DNA from: Chloroflexota bacterium
GTDB taxonomy: Bacteria > Chloroflexota > Dehalococcoidia > Lucifugimonadales > UBA3495
Reading direction: 5' to 3'
DNA: 40,278 bases
NCBI GenBank assembly: GCA_027623675.1
Contig: JAQBVF010000031.1
Coordinates: 1 to 40,278, forward strand
Below the pieces are notes generated by a model. It was not told where the DNA came from and ran no database searches. It saw only the letters and a program-made list of their open reading frames with translations. Positions 37,795 through 40,278 of this stretch are shown piece after piece; position 1 is the stretch's first letter; the number at the start of each line of letters is the position of its first letter. Both the position numbers and the translations under genes were made by a program.

Positions 37795-38247
37795 TCAGGA
37801 AGCTGGGCGCACGAAGGCCAGCCGGTAATCGGCCGGCCAAAGGTCGTCGAATCCTTCAAGCCCCAACTCCCGCCGTCCGGCATTATTCCAGAGGCAGATG
37901 GCGTCGCGGCGTCCGTGGTTTCCCAGCCAGGGGTCATGCAAAAATGCCACCGGGCCTTCCAATTGCACCTCCGGGTATTCGATCCCGAAGTACAGTGCGT
38001 CTTCGTAATAAGGACGCTCCAGACCCTGCTGGGCCGCTGCGGCGGTGGCGTCCTCCGAAGAGATGGGACGGTCAAAGCTCAGCAACACGATCTCCCGCTT
38101 CATGCCGCCTTTGGCATGCAGGCGCTCGAATGGCCGGTTGGGGAAATTTTCGGAGATGACCTGCGAGTGGCAGTAGCCGTATCTTGCCGCCGCCACCAGT
38201 TCTTCGGTCGACCGTCCATCGCCCAGAGTTACGCTGTACGTCCTCAT
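37795..38247 (-). CDS. Hypothetical protein, possibly CLec-fold-like
   Basis: Coherent 150-aa ORF; GLERP..EDAL.FG..YPEVQ and RELGL..FDD.W...YRLAFVR patterns; TAAGAT 6 nt before the ATG. Confidence 0.75.
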   Translation of the reverse strand: MRTYSVTLGDGRSTEELVAAARYGYCHSQVISENFPNRPFERLHAKGGMKREIVLLSFDRPISSEDATAAAAQQGLERPYYEDALYFGIEYPEVQLEGPVAFLHDPWLGNHGRRDAICLWNNAGRRELGLEGFDDLWPADYRLAFVRPAS

Positions 38248-38586
38248 GCCATTATCTTACCCTGAATATCCTGTCGGAGGTAACCGATCCCAAACCAGTG
38301 GAGCGTCCCTTCCGGCTAGACGAAAAGTCGCCTCCAAGGCGGAATGCTCTCCTTGGCACAGAACGAACGGTGCGAAGTACAAGCCGTCGGGGCCGCGGGA
38401 AGAAGGCGAGAGCAACTGTATCCGCTCCATCGGTCGTGGCCCAGCCCAAGAAGGTTTGGTTCCGGTTTATGAGTGCTAGGCAGCGCGTTAGCGCGGTCGC
38501 GGATCATGGTCAAGTTGATTATCTTCGGTATTTCGATAACCCAATCAATGGCGGAATCCTGTTATTAGGCGTAAAATGGCCCACGT

Positions 38587-38672
38587 GCCGAAGTGGCGGA
38601 ATGGTAGACGCGCCGGTCTCAAAAACCGGTGGGTGTGAGCCCGTGTCAGTTCGACTCTGACCTTCGGCACCA
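38587..38672 (+). tRNA. tRNA-Leu (anticodon CAA)
   Basis: GCCGAAG/CTTCGGC acceptor stem, CCGGT-CTCAAAA-ACCGG anticodon arm, long variable arm, GTTCGAC, encoded CCA. Confidence 0.97.
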
Positions 38673-38687
38673 TGAAATTGAAGCTAA

Positions 38688-38728
38688 AATGGGCCTGATT
38701 CTCGTCGCACGGACGAGTCAGGCCCATT
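38688..38728 (+). terminator. Long hairpin downstream of the tRNA
   Basis: AATGGGCCTGA-TT-CTCGTC/GACGAG-TCAGGCCCATT. Confidence 0.65.
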
Positions 38729-38740
38729 GTCATTTAGAGT

Positions 38741-38782
38741 AATGGTCACGAAATGGTCACGGGCTTTTGTTCCGTGACCATT
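38741..38782. repeat. AATGGTCACG x2 direct plus x1 inverted
   Basis: Copies at 38741 and 38752, reverse complement at 38773. Confidence 0.85.
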
Positions 38783-38806
38783 GATGCGCGACAAAGGCCA
38801 TAACTA

Positions 38807-39166
38807 TCAGGTAGCCAACATTAGCTTATCGAAATTGAGATATCGGTCGATGAACCGGTCGATCCACGCGGCATCGGTATTCGACTTAATTGCGGTTGCA
38901 ACTTCCTCAAGGGTCCATGCGGCGAACGTATCGCTTCCCGAGAGGCACTCGGAATAATCCGCGATGGCCGTAGAGCAATCGGCATTATCCTTCGGGTACA
39001 AGAATACGAAGAAGCCGTCATCGAACTGGTCCTGATTCAGATGTACCCCGGCCAGCATATGGTCACGCCATATCTGTTGGAGCACCCGAGCCATGCGCTG
39101 GAACTCGCTCTTGTCGGTCGTTTCAAACGCCTGATACCGTTTGGCTAGTTCATTCAGGTGTGGCAT
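38807..39166 (-). pseudogene. Remnant of a PD-(D/E)XK-type putative restriction endonuclease (PGN_0703-like), internally deleted
   Basis: LQQIWRDHMLA, FVFLYP..N..C..A...Y...L, F..WTLE resemble the family C-terminus as I recall it; no catalytic core visible. Confidence 0.55.
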
Positions 39167-39338
39167 GGGCAGTCTCTTCACCCCAAGACGGCTATGGACG
39201 GCAACAACTGCTGGATTCACTAGGAATGCCTGATATGCGGCCTCGAACCGCACTGTCTGATCCAAAGGATGAAGGGTCCGTCAGATGAAATGGCGAACCG
39301 CGTCTAGCCGCATCTCCAGCGGGTGGGGAATTGAGCGG

Positions 39339-40214
39339 CTAGGTCCTGATTGAGCGGATCTGGTCAAGATACCTGGCGATCAGCGGCGACGCCGAGTCCG
39401 GCTGCCAACGGCGACGCCACTCACTTTCGTCACCTGGCCAAAGATAGTCCTTGTGCACAATCGTGTTGGGCACTGCGGCCTCGGCAAGCACCTTCAACGC
39501 CCCATCAATCACCATGGTCTGCACGTCCGGGCAGTCAGGCAAGCCCAGCGGGTGGCCGAATGGAAACCCCACGGCCATCGCCCTGGGGACGCCGTGCCGC
39601 TCCGCCCAATAAGGCATCATGGTCACCAGGACGGTGCTGAGGCCGCCCTCTTCAAACATACGCGCCAGGACCAGCACGTCTTTACAGCAACCGGGTCAAG
39701 CCGGGGTCAGAAGCACCGCCTCCACGCCCTCTTCTTTCATCTGTCCCAGCATCTCAGGACCATACCTCTCCCGCCAAAGGGTGTAATCGGGAACCGGGTG
39801 TCCTTGATAACCCATCACGGAATAGGCGCTGGGCGCCAATGACCCGATCCCACCGGCCTCTTCCATCTCGATGAATCTGTGGATCGGCAGGAGGATATTG
39901 AAGTCCTCCTCCGCGTCCGTTGGGTTGTAGTGGGTGTGGGCAACGGCCACCTCCTCCGACCGGGTCTCCTTGGGGATGATGCGGTAACTCGGGTCGCCCC
40001 ACTCAGGCTCTCGGGCCTCCCGCTCAACGTCGAAGGGTTGCTGCTGGCCCTTTAGGTACAGGCCACCGGTGGTCAAGAGAGCGAAACGGGTCTGGCTCAA
40101 CGGCTTGGCTAGGGGCGTGAACGGCGTCGTGGAGGTTTCATCTTGGACCTGCCACACGGTTCTCATCCAAGCCGACAATCTATAGGGCAGCCATCTGAAG
40201 CTATCAACCGGCAT
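39339..40214 (-). CDS. GrdB/PrdB-like selenoprotein, 291 aa, Sec at TGA 39696-39698
   Basis: PFTPL.KPLS..RFALLTTGG, GDPSYR, D.N...PI.R..E.E..G.IG; in-frame TGA gives LLTPA-U-PGC then LARMFEE.GLSTV, VPRA...FPFGHPLG. Confidence 0.9.
39660..39679 (-). promoter_or_regulatory. Putative bacterial SECIS hairpin
   Basis: ACGUGCUG-GUCC-UGGCGCGU starting 16 nt after UGA; apical loop starts GU. Confidence 0.7.
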
Positions 40215-40278
40215 TGGTCTTACAGCCTCCCGGATTCGGACTTGCCCTCCAGGGTATCGCCTCGATCGAAAACAGTCC

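Noticed and set aside
37640..37840. 112-aa extended L34
   Set aside because: Extension spans the promoter; L34 homology starts at GTG 37639
38380..38425. Cobalamin riboswitch (GCAACTGTA, GGGAAG)
   Set aside because: Motifs are in the wrong order, other conserved boxes are absent, and the downstream gene is a tRNA
37795..38586. Diversity-generating retroelement around the CLec-like gene
   Set aside because: No reverse transcriptase and no template/variable repeat pair seen

Overview
GC-rich bacterial chromosomal segment, most likely Chloroflexota / Dehalococcoidia (SAR202-like). This is inferred from the F420-type LLM oxidoreductase, the Tat-less RdhA-like protein, the orphan Opp/Dpp lipoprotein transporter, the thiolase plus HMGS-DUF35 pair and the GrdB-like selenoprotein. 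In order, the window holds: a small regulatory cluster (Zn-ribbon/HTH, cNMP-binding, receiver, XRE); a 7x11-bp tandem repeat; PGI/PMI; an RdhA-like Fe-S protein; DUF1326; a catabolic ABC operon (frameshifted SBP, DppB, DppC, DAO-family oxidase, amidohydrolase) plus an MBL hydrolase; minCDE; an AT-richer CAP-domain gene; thiolase/HMGS-DUF35; ctpA-smpB; gamma-CA; LLM; a lamin-tail lipoprotein; a duplicated-domain unknown; SDR; GT2; purF-purM-purH; rpmH-rnpA-yidD-[beta-propeller lipoprotein]-yidC-jag; tRNA-Leu(CAA); a nuclease remnant; and a selenoprotein. Main observations: (1) two ORFs at the right end form one UGA-recoded GrdB/PrdB-like selenoprotein (UxxC) with a SECIS-like hairpin; (2) the DppC permease has a ~45-aa loop insertion resembling part of the NusA N-terminal domain; (3) a BamB-like lipoprotein is embedded in the yidC operon, and the Arg-rich YidC tail is encoded by a 107-bp overlap with jag; (4) a PhlABC-like thiolase/pseudo-HMGS-DUF35 module; (5) an apparently in-frame, internally deleted nuclease gene beside the tRNA. 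All family assignments come from motif recognition by eye; no database searches were run.
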